Shown here one piece after another: positions 36,886 through 46,237 of a DNA stretch of 64,000 bases. Within the stretch, counting starts at the first letter, position 1; each line of letters opens with the position of its first letter. The notes under the pieces were generated by a model. It was not told the origin of the DNA. It ran no database searches and saw only the letters and a program-made list of their open reading frames with translations. Origin of the DNA: Planctomycetota bacterium (GTDB taxonomy: Bacteria > Planctomycetota > PLA2 > JAEUHO01); assembly GCA_050248855.1 (NCBI GenBank), contig JBFWRP010000011.1, positions 77,259 to 141,258 of the forward strand. The letters are read 5' to 3'. Both the position numbers and the translations under genes were made by a program.

Positions 36886-39258
36886 TCAGGGCACGAGCTG
36901 GAGGCGACGCGCAGGCCGCTTGGGCGCGCCGAGTCGCATGGGGAGCCAGCGACCTTCCCGCCAGGGGACGACGAGGTCGTCGTAGTGCTCGGACGCGGGA
37001 TGCCCGCTCTGCCCGGGCATGGTGATCATGCGCCCGCCGCTCTCGGCCATGTCCACGACGTGACGGTAGGACGGGCCCACGCGCTGCGGGCCGGGCCGTG
37101 CATGGTCGTACTGGCCCGCGCACGGTGTGAACGGCCCGCCCGCCGACGGCCAGGGCCCACGGTCGAAGAATGCCGCGCGCGGTGCCTCGCGCCCCAGCGG
37201 ATGCACGAGCGTGAGCGTATGCCATGCGCCCCACGTCACGTCCGGCCCCCAGCCGCGCGCATGCAGATCGCGGTCCACCTCGTCGAGAGCCCGCGCGAGT
37301 AGGCCCGCCCGGGCCTCGGGAGGCGCCCACACGCCGTGCGGGTCTTCCAGCGCCCGGTGGAGCGCGTCGTCGACCAGGTTGAGCTGCGACATCCACGCGG
37401 CGAGCAGCTCGTGGCCGAGACGTGCGCCGAAGATCTGGCGCACGAGGTGGTGGGCCAGGAGGTGCGCCACGACGGCGCCGCGGGCCTCGGGTCGCTCCTC
37501 GCCGTTCCACGTGAGAAGTCGGTCGATCAGCGGCGCCAGGTGCGGCCGCTGCCGGCGCGCCTCCTCGACATGCGGCACGAGCAGGCTGGCGCGCCAGCGC
37601 AGGAAGGAGCGGTTCACGACGTCCAGCTGGGCCGCCGCGACGTCGTCCGCCGTGACCTGCGTCAGGGGCTCCAAGCGCTCGCGCAGGCGTCGCGCCCGGT
37701 GATCGGGCTCGTAGAGGTGCGAGAGGTGGTAGGGGTACGGGGGACCCACGATGGGGTCGTTGGCCGTCACGAACACGGTATCGGGCGGGATGCGGGCGGA
37801 CGGCACCTGCTCGCGGGGGACGAACCCCAGCCAGTCCGTGGCGCAGGTGGTCCCGTCCAGCGGCAGCCCGGGGACATGACCGTCCGCACGCCGCGGCACG
37901 CGCCCGACCATCCGGTAGGCCGCCTCGCCAGCCGCGTCCGCGACCACGAGGTTCTGCGCGGGCGATCCGAAGCCGTCGAACGCCGTCAGCGCCTCGTCGA
38001 CAGCGCGCGCATGGAGCAGGCCCACGAACGCGTCGAGCTCGGCTGCCGGCTCGTGCAGCACGAGGCGCAACGAGCACGGCGTCCCGTCGTACTGCGGAAA
38101 CGCATCGGTCAACAGGGGGCCGCGGTGCGTGCGCCGCACGCGGACGACGCGCGGGCTCGCTCCCCGGCGCCCGATGACGAGCGAGGAGATGTCCAGCGGC
38201 TTCCAGGCGCCGTCCACGCGGTAGCGCTCGCCGGCGGTGTCCAACTGCTCGCGCCAGAGGTCGCCGTCATCCAGCATGGCGTTCGTGAGGCCCCACGCCA
38301 CGTGGCGTGAGCGACCGATGACGACGCCGGGCAGGCCGACGAGGGACGCGCCGACGGCCCCCACCTCGGGCGTGGTCAGCGAGGCCAGATGCCACACGCC
38401 GGGCACGGAGAGCTCCAGATGCGGGTCGCTGCCCAGCAGGGGCCGTCCGCTGGCGCTGCGCGCGGCCCCGACCACCACGGCGTTGCTGCCGACCGCGGCG
38501 GTCGGGCGCGGGACGAAGCCCTCGAGCACGCCCTGGAGGTCCACGAGCGTGCCCAGGAGCGTTTCCGTCTCGCCGCCGGGGTCGCGCGCCAGCAGCTGTC
38601 GCCAATGCTCGGGCGCGTCCTCGAGCCGCTTCGCGATCGCCGCGAAGACGGGCGTGCTCCGCCACGCGAAGCCGAGCCCCAACGCCATGCCCTTGGCGAC
38701 GAGCAGGCTGTCCACGGGCGTCCAACGACCGGGCCGCCGTCGCAGCAGGCGGTGCTCGACACTGCGGCCGCGCGGAGCGCCGGGCGCCCACGCGGCGTTC
38801 ACGCCCTCGGCGAACGACTCGAGGAGCGTGCGCGTCGTCGGCGCGTGCACGGCAAGCGACGCGGCCGCCGCCGCTTCGAGACCGAGGACGCGGAACAGGA
38901 GATCCACGTCGGACAGGCGCCGCGTGCCTCCCCACACCGCGAGGGGCCCGGCGTCCGACGGGCGGTCGCCGAACCAGGAGGCCAGGCGACCTCCGAGCGC
39001 CGTACGCAGCAGGTCCATCTGGAAGGGGCGGTCCAGGCCCTGGACGAAGCCCTGGGCCCGGACGAGATCGGCTTCGCAGCTGGCCTCGATGTGCGGGACG
39101 GCGTGGGCGTCGAACGATACCGTCACCGAGCCGCCGAGCCCAGGCAGGCGGCTGGTGCCGCGCAGGGGGCGCGCCGCGCGACGACCGGCCGCCCGGAGCG
39201 CGGTCACGACGAGCCGGTCACGCGCCGCGCGCCAGGAGCGGCGCCACGCGCCGCTCAC
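36886..39258 (-). CDS. Penicillin acylase family Ntn-hydrolase
   Basis: DAHAVPHIEA, AQGFVQGLDRPFQMDL, beta-chain start GSNAVVV, SGRPLLGSDPHL, PGQSGHPASEHYDD; GTG overlaps the upstream TGA. Confidence 0.93.
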   Translation of the reverse strand: MSGAWRRSWRAARDRLVVTALRAAGRRAARPLRGTSRLPGLGGSVTVSFDAHAVPHIEASCEADLVRAQGFVQGLDRPFQMDLLRTALGGRLASWFGDRPSDAGPLAVWGGTRRLSDVDLLFRVLGLEAAAAASLAVHAPTTRTLLESFAEGVNAAWAPGAPRGRSVEHRLLRRRPGRWTPVDSLLVAKGMALGLGFAWRSTPVFAAIAKRLEDAPEHWRQLLARDPGGETETLLGTLVDLQGVLEGFVPRPTAAVGSNAVVVGAARSASGRPLLGSDPHLELSVPGVWHLASLTTPEVGAVGASLVGLPGVVIGRSRHVAWGLTNAMLDDGDLWREQLDTAGERYRVDGAWKPLDISSLVIGRRGASPRVVRVRRTHRGPLLTDAFPQYDGTPCSLRLVLHEPAAELDAFVGLLHARAVDEALTAFDGFGSPAQNLVVADAAGEAAYRMVGRVPRRADGHVPGLPLDGTTCATDWLGFVPREQVPSARIPPDTVFVTANDPIVGPPYPYHLSHLYEPDHRARRLRERLEPLTQVTADDVAAAQLDVVNRSFLRWRASLLVPHVEEARRQRPHLAPLIDRLLTWNGEERPEARGAVVAHLLAHHLVRQIFGARLGHELLAAWMSQLNLVDDALHRALEDPHGVWAPPEARAGLLARALDEVDRDLHARGWGPDVTWGAWHTLTLVHPLGREAPRAAFFDRGPWPSAGGPFTPCAGQYDHARPGPQRVGPSYRHVVDMAESGGRMITMPGQSGHPASEHYDDLVVPWREGRWLPMRLGAPKRPARRLQLVP

Positions 39259-40688
39259 TCGTTGTGCCACGTCCGACCGATCTCGGACCACGACGCGAGG
39301 CGCTCGCGGAAGTCCTCCTTGATGCGGCGCATCGCCGCGTCGGTGCGCCCCTCGAAGACGAGAACGAGCTCGGGCAAGTTGCTGGAGGGGCGCACCAGGC
39401 CGAAGCCGTCGTCGAACGTGACGCGGGCGCCGTTCGTCGTGTCCACGCGGTCGCCCCACACCGCCTGGAACGCGGCGACGACCTCCTCCATGACCCGGTA
39501 CTTCACGGCGTCCGCACAGTCGACGTGGATCTCCGGGCTGGTCACGTAGTGCGGAGCGTCGGCCAGGATGTCCGCCAGCGGACGCCCTTCACCCGCCACG
39601 TACTCGGCCAGCTTGAGTCCCGCGAAGAGACCGTCGTCGTAGCCGTGGAAGCCGTCGCGCAAGAACAGGTGACCGCTGCGCTCACCCGCGATCGGCGCGT
39701 CGAGCTCGCGCATCTTGGCCTTGATCCAGCTGTGCCCGGTCTTCCACATGACCGGCTTGCCGCCGTGGGCACGGATGTCGTCGAACAGGGCCTGCGTGCA
39801 CTTCACGTCGAAGACGATGGGTGCGCCCGGATGGCGCGCCAACACGGGCCGCGCCAACAGCATCAGCACGCGATCCGCGTTGACGAACGCGCCGGTGTGG
39901 TCCTGCACGCCGAGGCGGTCGCCGTCGCCGTCGAACGACAGGCCCAGGTCCGCGCCCGACGCCTTCACCGCCTCCGCAACGGCCTGGCGCGCGGCCACCT
40001 CGCTGGGATTGGGGAAGTGGTTGGGGAAGGCCGGGTCGGGATCGCAGAACAGGGGGACCACGTCGAAGCCTGCGCGCTCGAAGACCTCGACGCAGAAGGC
40101 GGCCGCGGTCCCGTTGCCGGGGTCCAACACGATCTTGAGGCGGCGCGCGGGTGCCACGCGCTTGACGAGGTCCGCCACGTAGGCCTCGTGCAGATCGACG
40201 TGCTGGAGCGTGCCCTGGCCCGTGGCGAAGACCCCGCTGTCGGCGATGGCCTGCAGCCGCTCGATGTCCGGACGCAGCATGGTCTGGACGTAGTCGAGGG
40301 ACATCTTGAGCCCGCTCCACCCTTGCGGGTTGTGGCTCGCCGTGATCATGACGCCCGCCGGACAGTCCAAGTGGAGCGTGGCGAAGTACAGCGTCGGCGA
40401 GAGCCCGAGGCCGATGTCGGTGACGTCGACGCCCGTGGTGACGAGCCCCTCGAGGAAGCACGCGGCCAGACGCGGGCTGTACGTGCGCAGGTCGTGGCCC
40501 ACGACCGCGCGCTGCCGGCCGCGTTCCTTCATGAGCGTGCCGAAGGCGCGGCCCAGCGTGCGCATCCCGTCGTCGGACAGCTCGTTGGCCGCATCCGGGA
40601 ACACCTCGGGCACGCGTCCACGAAGGTCGTACTCACGGAACATCGTCGGCGCGAGACGGGCCGGGGCGGGCGAGGTCGACTCGGGCAT
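39255..40688 (-). CDS. Phosphomannomutase/phosphoglucomutase (AlgC-like)
   Basis: FREYDLRG, MITASHNP, FDGDGDR, AGERSGH, LVRPSSN. Confidence 0.95.
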   Translation of the reverse strand: MPESTSPAPARLAPTMFREYDLRGRVPEVFPDAANELSDDGMRTLGRAFGTLMKERGRQRAVVGHDLRTYSPRLAACFLEGLVTTGVDVTDIGLGLSPTLYFATLHLDCPAGVMITASHNPQGWSGLKMSLDYVQTMLRPDIERLQAIADSGVFATGQGTLQHVDLHEAYVADLVKRVAPARRLKIVLDPGNGTAAAFCVEVFERAGFDVVPLFCDPDPAFPNHFPNPSEVAARQAVAEAVKASGADLGLSFDGDGDRLGVQDHTGAFVNADRVLMLLARPVLARHPGAPIVFDVKCTQALFDDIRAHGGKPVMWKTGHSWIKAKMRELDAPIAGERSGHLFLRDGFHGYDDGLFAGLKLAEYVAGEGRPLADILADAPHYVTSPEIHVDCADAVKYRVMEEVVAAFQAVWGDRVDTTNGARVTFDDGFGLVRPSSNLPELVLVFEGRTDAAMRRIKEDFRERLASWSEIGRTWHNE

Positions 40689-40723
40689 GGGTGTCTCCGG
40701 TGCCAGGGACGTTGCGGCTCGCG

Positions 40724-41740
40724 TCAGGCGTCGCCGGACGGCGCGCCAAGCCCCGCTTGCACGAGGGTGTGGACGTGCAGCAGCCCGACGGCGCGACCAT
40801 CGGCGTCCGCGACCGGGAGCAGGTAGATGGGCCGTGGGCGGTGGCCCTCCATCGTGCGCAAGGCGTCGAGGGCAAAGGTGTCGGGGCCGACCGTGACGGG
40901 GCGGCGCGTCATCAAGCCCGCCACGGGCGTGGCCAGCAACCCCCCCACGGCGCCCTCGGCCACCTGGATCGTGCGGCGCACGTCGCCGTCCGTGACGAGG
41001 CCCACGAGACGACCGCCCGCGTCGACCACGTTCACGCCGCCAAGCGTGCTGCGCGTGATCACCTCGAGCGTCGCGCCGAACGTGGCGTCCTCGCGCACGC
41101 AGGGATTGGTCGCGTCGCCGCGCAGCAGATCGCGGACGCGCAGGGTCAGCTTGGTGCCGATGGCGCCACTCGGATGGAAGAGCCGGTAGTCGCTCGCGCC
41201 GAAGCCGCGTTTCTCCATGAGCGCGACCGTCAGCGCGTCGCCCAACGCCAACGTGACCGCCGCGCTGGCCGTGGGCACGAGGCGCGTCGAGTCGGCCTCC
41301 TCCAGCTCCCCCCAGCAGAGCGCGATGTCCGCCGAGCGCGCCAGCGGCGAGCTCGCGGGGCCGGTGAGGGCCACCAGGCGCGCACCCAGCGAGCGGATCG
41401 TCGGGATGAGCTCCATGACCTCGCGTGTCGAGCCGGAGTTGCTGATGGCGATCACGATGTCGCGCGCGGTCACGATGCCGACGTCGCCGTGGAACCCCTC
41501 CGCCGGATGCAGGAACGTGGCCGGCGTACCGGTCGAGACGAGGGTGCTTGCGATCTTGCGGCCGATCTGGCCCGACTTGCCCATCCCGCATACGACCACG
41601 CGGCCCGTGCACGCGAGCAGCGCCTCGACGGCCCGGTCGAACGCCGGCGCGACCTCGTGCCAGCGCGCCAGCAGGTGCTCGAGCGCATCGCGTTCGTGAC
41701 GCACGACGCCTTGGCCGATCTCGTGCGCGGGGCGGGTCAT
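40724..41740 (-). CDS. kdsD: KpsF/GutQ family arabinose-5-phosphate isomerase (SIS plus CBS domains)
   Basis: GMGKSGQIGRKIASTLVSTGTP, HGDVG, SNSG, FHPSGAIG, TDGDVRR, CBS pair. Confidence 0.9.
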   Translation of the reverse strand: MTRPAHEIGQGVVRHERDALEHLLARWHEVAPAFDRAVEALLACTGRVVVCGMGKSGQIGRKIASTLVSTGTPATFLHPAEGFHGDVGIVTARDIVIAISNSGSTREVMELIPTIRSLGARLVALTGPASSPLARSADIALCWGELEEADSTRLVPTASAAVTLALGDALTVALMEKRGFGASDYRLFHPSGAIGTKLTLRVRDLLRGDATNPCVREDATFGATLEVITRSTLGGVNVVDAGGRLVGLVTDGDVRRTIQVAEGAVGGLLATPVAGLMTRRPVTVGPDTFALDALRTMEGHRPRPIYLLPVADADGRAVGLLHVHTLVQAGLGAPSGDA

Positions 41741-41821
41741 GCGTGCGGAGCATACCCGTGCCGTGCCGCGGGCCCCGTCCGCTTCCCGTGACCGTGGGCT
41801 CGCGGCACGCGTGGCCTCGGG

Positions 41822-44173
41822 GTGGCGCCCGGCAGACCCTTTCCACCCACCGGCCCGCCGGCCGGGGGTCCGCGGCCCGCGCTGGCCCTCGCGGCGTGGC
41901 TGGGCGGGCTCGCGGTGGGCCAGCTGGGGGCGGGGGTCGCCTGGCTGGCTCCACCGCTCGTGCTGGGCGCATGGTTTCGCCGCACGCGCGTCGTGAGCCT
42001 GGCTGCCCTCCTCGGGCTGCTCCCCGGCGGGGCGCCTCGCGAGCCCCGCGCCGCGTGCGCGTCGCCCGACGGCCTCTACGCAAGCCGCGTCCGCTGCACG
42101 CGCGCGGACCTCGTCGCACGCGGCCACCAACGCGTCCATCTCGTCGTGATGCAGCGCGGAGGCGTGCCTCTTGCCCCGGGCGTGCTCCTCGACGCGCACG
42201 TGTTCGTGGTGGAGCACGCACCCGAGGGGCTGGCCCGCGGCGACACGCTGGAGGTGATCGAGCGGATCGAGGCGGGCCGTTCGCGCGTGGCGCACCCGCG
42301 CGCCTGGTGGCGCGTCGATCGGGCGCCGCTTCCGTGGCGCCTCCTGCAGGACGCACGCGAGGGCGCCGCACGGCGGTTCGATCGCTCGCTTTCCCTGCAC
42401 GCGGCGAGCTGGGCACGGGCCCTCGTGCTGGGCGACCGCGGCACGCTGGCCCGCGACGAGGTCGAACGGTTCCGCGCCACGGGGCAAGCGCACCTGCTCG
42501 CGGTGTCGGGTCTGCACGTCGGGCTGGTCGCGCTGCTCGTCGTTCTCGTGGTTCGCCTCCTCCGGGGCGGCCCCCGCCTGCAGGCTGCGCTGGCCGGGCC
42601 GTGCGTGGCCCTCCATGTTCCGCTGGCCGGCGCACCCTCCTCCGCCCTCCGCGCCGGCGCGGCGGCCGTGCTCGTGCTCGTCGCCCGTTCGCGGGGCCGT
42701 GGCGCCGCGGCCCCGGCCGTGCTGGTCGCGACGGGCCTGACGCTGCTGGCGCTGGACGCGACACGCGCTGCCGACCTGGGCACGTGGCTGTCGTTCCTGG
42801 CCGTCGCGGGCATCCTGGCCCTGCGCGCACCGATCCGCTTGGCACTCGTGCCACCGCCGCCCCTGCTGCTCGCCGGCTACCTGTCGCCTCCCCGTGCGCC
42901 CCTACGCAGTGCCCTGGCCGTGTCGCTGGCGGCGTGGCTGGCCACGGCCCCGTTGGTGGCCAGCGCGTTCGGCCGGCTCGCCCCGGCCGGGCCGCTGCTG
43001 GCCGTGCCCCTCGTGCCGCTCGTCGCCGTCCTCCTGGGGTCGTGTCTCCTGCTGCTGGCCTTCGCGGGCGTGCCGCTCGTGGGTGCTGCCTGTGCGGGTG
43101 TTGCACAGGGCGCGGCCTCCGCGCTCGCAGGCATCGTGGAGCTGGCCGAGCGCCTGGGTGCCGGCGCCCTCCCGGCCTCGACGAGCGCCTCGCGCCTCGC
43201 CGGCTACGCGTTGGCGTTGCTGGTCCTGGCGCGCCAGCGTGATGCGGCGGGCGCGCGACGGGCCCTGTTGGTCGTCGTCGTGGCCACGGCGTGCCTGGCG
43301 GCGCCCACGGGAAGCGGGAACACGGCCCGCGAGCCAGCCCCCTATGATCGGGAGCACGTGTCCACGGCGGAGCTTGCGAACCTGGCGACCCACGGCGCGC
43401 CGTCCACGTCCATGCTCGTTGCCGTGGGCATCGGCGGGGCTGCGCTCGCCGTCCTGGCCACGCGGCACTTGCACTGGCTGCGCGCGGGCGGTGCCGCGCT
43501 TGCACTGGCGCTGGCCCTGGGCGCGGCCGCGCAGCTCGGCGCTGCGGGCCTTGCCGCGCTGTTCGCGCCGTTCCTCGTGGCCACGCTGCTCGGGCGGCTG
43601 CCAGGCTGGCCGCGTTCCGGGGCCCGCGATGCGCGGCAGGTGCTCGCCAACGGGCTCCCCGCCGCACTCGGGCTGCTCGTGATGGCGCTGGGTCCCGCGC
43701 AGGCGGGCCTTGCCATGTTCCTCGGGGGCCTCGCCTGCCTCGGCGCCGACACCTGCGCCACGGAGATCGGGGTGCGCTACGGCGGCACGCCGCGCCACGT
43801 GCTGACCGGGCGCCGGTTGGCCGTCGGCGAGAGCGGCGGCATCACGGGGGCGGGACTGCTGGCGGCGCTCGCAGGCAGCCTGCTGGGGCCGGGTGCGTAC
43901 GTCCTCGCGCGCGGTGGCGAGGGCCTGCGGGTGGCCGGCTGGGCGGCGGCGGCAGGCGTGGCAGGAAGCCTCGTCGACAGCGTCCTCGGAGCGGTGCTCC
44001 AGTTCCGCGGTCGCCGTGCCGGCAGCGAGACCCTGGTCGAGGGCCGGCTCGGCGAGGACACCGACCTCGAGCCGGTGCGCGGCGTGCGCTGGCTCGACAA
44101 CGACGGCGTCAACCTCGTGAGCGGGCTCGTCGCCGCGCTGCTCGCCGCGGCCGCTGCCGGCCCCTGGATCTGA
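41822..44173 (+). CDS. ComEC/Rec2 competence domain fused to a C-terminal DUF92 (TMEM19-like) domain
   Basis: ALVLGDR...FRATGQAHLLAVSGLHVG, SALRA, LSFLAV (ComEC); GARDARQVLANG, ADTCATEIG, GESGGIT, GSLVDSVLGAVLQ, WLDNDGVN (DUF92); single open frame. Confidence 0.85.
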   Translation: MAPGRPFPPTGPPAGGPRPALALAAWLGGLAVGQLGAGVAWLAPPLVLGAWFRRTRVVSLAALLGLLPGGAPREPRAACASPDGLYASRVRCTRADLVARGHQRVHLVVMQRGGVPLAPGVLLDAHVFVVEHAPEGLARGDTLEVIERIEAGRSRVAHPRAWWRVDRAPLPWRLLQDAREGAARRFDRSLSLHAASWARALVLGDRGTLARDEVERFRATGQAHLLAVSGLHVGLVALLVVLVVRLLRGGPRLQAALAGPCVALHVPLAGAPSSALRAGAAAVLVLVARSRGRGAAAPAVLVATGLTLLALDATRAADLGTWLSFLAVAGILALRAPIRLALVPPPPLLLAGYLSPPRAPLRSALAVSLAAWLATAPLVASAFGRLAPAGPLLAVPLVPLVAVLLGSCLLLLAFAGVPLVGAACAGVAQGAASALAGIVELAERLGAGALPASTSASRLAGYALALLVLARQRDAAGARRALLVVVVATACLAAPTGSGNTAREPAPYDREHVSTAELANLATHGAPSTSMLVAVGIGGAALAVLATRHLHWLRAGGAALALALALGAAAQLGAAGLAALFAPFLVATLLGRLPGWPRSGARDARQVLANGLPAALGLLVMALGPAQAGLAMFLGGLACLGADTCATEIGVRYGGTPRHVLTGRRLAVGESGGITGAGLLAALAGSLLGPGAYVLARGGEGLRVAGWAAAAGVAGSLVDSVLGAVLQFRGRRAGSETLVEGRLGEDTDLEPVRGVRWLDNDGVNLVSGLVAALLAAAAAGPWI

Positions 44174-44193
44174 GCCCAGCAGGTCGATCGACG

Positions 44194-45336
44194 TCAGCTG
44201 GCGAAGAGCGTGCCCTGGCCCCCGCGCCCCGGTCGATGCCACGCGGCCACGGAGAAGGGCACGGCCTGCTCGTCGAAGCCGAGCCGGCGCGCAGACGTAC
44301 GAAACAGCGTGGCGACCCCCTCGGCGAACGGCCCCTCACCGCGGAAACGCACGTGGTGGCGCGCGTCGTTGCGCGCACCGTTGCGAGCATCACGCACGCG
44401 GGACATGACCTTCGCCTTGCGATCCGGCGTATGCCGCTCGAGCCAGGACTCGAACAGGTCCGCCACGCCGTGGGGAAGGCGCAGGAACACGTAGGACGCG
44501 GTCTTCGCCCCGGCCTTGCGAGCGGCCTCGAGGATCGACGGCAGCTCGTGGTCCGTCAGCCCGGGTATGACGGGAGCCACCATCACGTGCGTGGGTACGC
44601 CAGCGTCGGCCAGCGTGGCGATCGCGTCCAGGCGACCCGCGGGGCTCGACGCGCGCGGCTCGAGCGCACGGGCCAGCACGGGATCCAGCGTGGTCACGGA
44701 GACCGCCACACGCGCGCCCGTCGTGCCCGGCTCGTCACGCGTCATGCCGGCGAGCGCCGCAAAGAGGTCCGTGTCGCGCGTGACGAGTCGGTTCTTGGTG
44801 ATGGCGCCCACGGGGTTGCCCGCTTCGAGCAGGACCTCCAGGCAGGCACGCGTGATGCCGAGCCGGCGCTCGACGGGTTGCCAGGCGTCCGTCACGCCGC
44901 TGAACACGATGGGCTCGGGCTCGTAGCGCGGGCTCGACAGCTCGTCGCGGAGAAGCCGCGCGAGGTCGGACTTGACGACGAGCTTGGTCTCGAAGTCCAA
45001 GCCCGCCGACCACCCGAGGTACTCGTGGTACGGCCGTGCATAGCAGTAGGCACAGCCGTGCTCGCAGCCGCGGTACGGGTTGAGCGAAGCGCGAAACGGT
45101 ATGTCCGGGCTCTCGTTCCACGAGATGGCGCTACGCGTGGCGTCCTCGACCAACGTCGTGACGACGCTTGTGCCGTCATCCCCCTGCGCCGCCGCCGCCT
45201 CGCGGCCCTCCGCGTCGGCGTCGAACCAGCGGGCCTCGAACCGACCCGGCGGCGCCTCCGCCGACCCCCGCCCCCGCGGCGCCTCTCCCGACGCCGGCTC
45301 CACCTGCACGCGACGAGGGGGCGGACGCGAGCTCAT
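44194..45336 (-). CDS. Radical SAM protein, PA0069/SplB-like family
   Basis: SPDIPFRASLNPYRGCEHGCAYCYARPYHEYLG, GLDFETK, SGVTDAWQPVER, LEPRASSP. Confidence 0.93.
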   Translation of the reverse strand: MSSRPPPRRVQVEPASGEAPRGRGSAEAPPGRFEARWFDADAEGREAAAAQGDDGTSVVTTLVEDATRSAISWNESPDIPFRASLNPYRGCEHGCAYCYARPYHEYLGWSAGLDFETKLVVKSDLARLLRDELSSPRYEPEPIVFSGVTDAWQPVERRLGITRACLEVLLEAGNPVGAITKNRLVTRDTDLFAALAGMTRDEPGTTGARVAVSVTTLDPVLARALEPRASSPAGRLDAIATLADAGVPTHVMVAPVIPGLTDHELPSILEAARKAGAKTASYVFLRLPHGVADLFESWLERHTPDRKAKVMSRVRDARNGARNDARHHVRFRGEGPFAEGVATLFRTSARRLGFDEQAVPFSVAAWHRPGRGGQGTLFAS

Positions 45337-45692
45337 CCCCACATCCTCGCCCCACCCCCGGACGGCGTGGACGTGCCGTCTCCGAGAGCCTCCTCCCCCC
45401 GAGTGCGCAGCACCCCAACCCCTTCGCGGTTGTCTCGCCTCGCGGTACCAGGGAGCGGCACACGGTCGCGGTCGCTCCGAAAGCCTGTACGGAGCCAGGG
45501 ACTTCTTCCGCGAATCGCTGCACGCCGCCACGACGGCGGTCATCTCCCCCGGCGATTCGCCGAAGAACTCCCAGGCACCTCTCCCCGGGTGCGCAGCACC
45601 CCAAAACGAATGCAGTTGTCCCGGCCCGCGGTGCCAGCGGCGACCGACGACGGGCCGCAGCACGCTTCCGCAACTCATCGGGTCGCCACGGG

Positions 45693-45754
45693 CCGTGAGG
45701 GGTGCAGGGGGACCGTGAGGGGTGCAGGGGGGACCGTGAGGGGTGCAGGGGGGG
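45693..45754. repeat. Three tandem copies of CCGTGAGGGGTGCAG(n)A, G-rich
   Basis: Units start at 45693, 45713 and 45734 with terminal G runs of 5, 6 and 7. Confidence 0.9.
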
Positions 45755-45760
45755 TACGGA

Positions 45761-45939
45761 ATAGCCCCCCTGCCGCGAGGGCGTAGCCCGAGCGCCGAGT
45801 CCGCGCGGGAGCGCGGAACAACTGCTCCGCCGCGTTCCGAGCACGTTCCTCCCTACGCGGGCGGAAGATGGCGGAACGGGATAGCCCCCCTGCCGCGAGG
45901 GCGTAGCCCGAGCGCCGAGTCCGCGCGGGAGCGCGGAAC
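45761..45939. repeat. Two identical 59-bp direct repeats separated by 61 bp
   Basis: ATAGCCCCCCTGCCGCGAGGGCGTAGCCCGAGCGCCGAGTCCGCGCGGGAGCGCGGAAC at 45761-45819 and 45881-45939. Confidence 0.95.
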
Positions 45940-46054
45940 GATCAACGCTGACGCGCGAAGCCGAGGGCCTCGGGTTGTCGAAGTCCATCGGCGGTGCGGG
46001 ACCGAGCATCTGGCGAGCCGCCCTCGCGCACCGCCACCACCGACCGAACAAAAG

Positions 46055-46131
46055 TGGTGCCCGCTCTAGGATTTGAACCTAGGACCCACGGATTAAGAAT
46101 CCGTTGCTCTGACCAACTGAGCTAAGCGGGC
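46055..46131 (-). tRNA. tRNA-Lys (CTT)
   Basis: GCCCGCTTAGCTCAGTTGGTCAGAGCAACGGATTCTTAATCCGTGGGTCCTAGGTTCAAATCCTAGAGCGGGCACCA. Confidence 0.97.
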
Positions 46132-46237
46132 GCATCGACGTCGCCGCGAAACGCGGGCCGGAAGTATGGGTGGCATGCGCGCGGATCGGAAGAAGAACGT
46201 CAAGCGCAGCGCTGCTGCAGCACCGCGTGCACCTGGA

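Noticed and set aside
39255..43667. 1470-aa ORF suggesting a giant PMM fusion
   Set aside because: The upstream part is Arg/Pro/Ala-rich off-frame translation over kdsD and antisense to comEC; PMM begins at 40688.
45761..45939. Possible mini-CRISPR (repeat-spacer-repeat)
   Set aside because: Only two repeats; the 59-bp repeat and 61-bp spacer are longer than typical; no cas genes in the window. Kept as an unexplained repeat.
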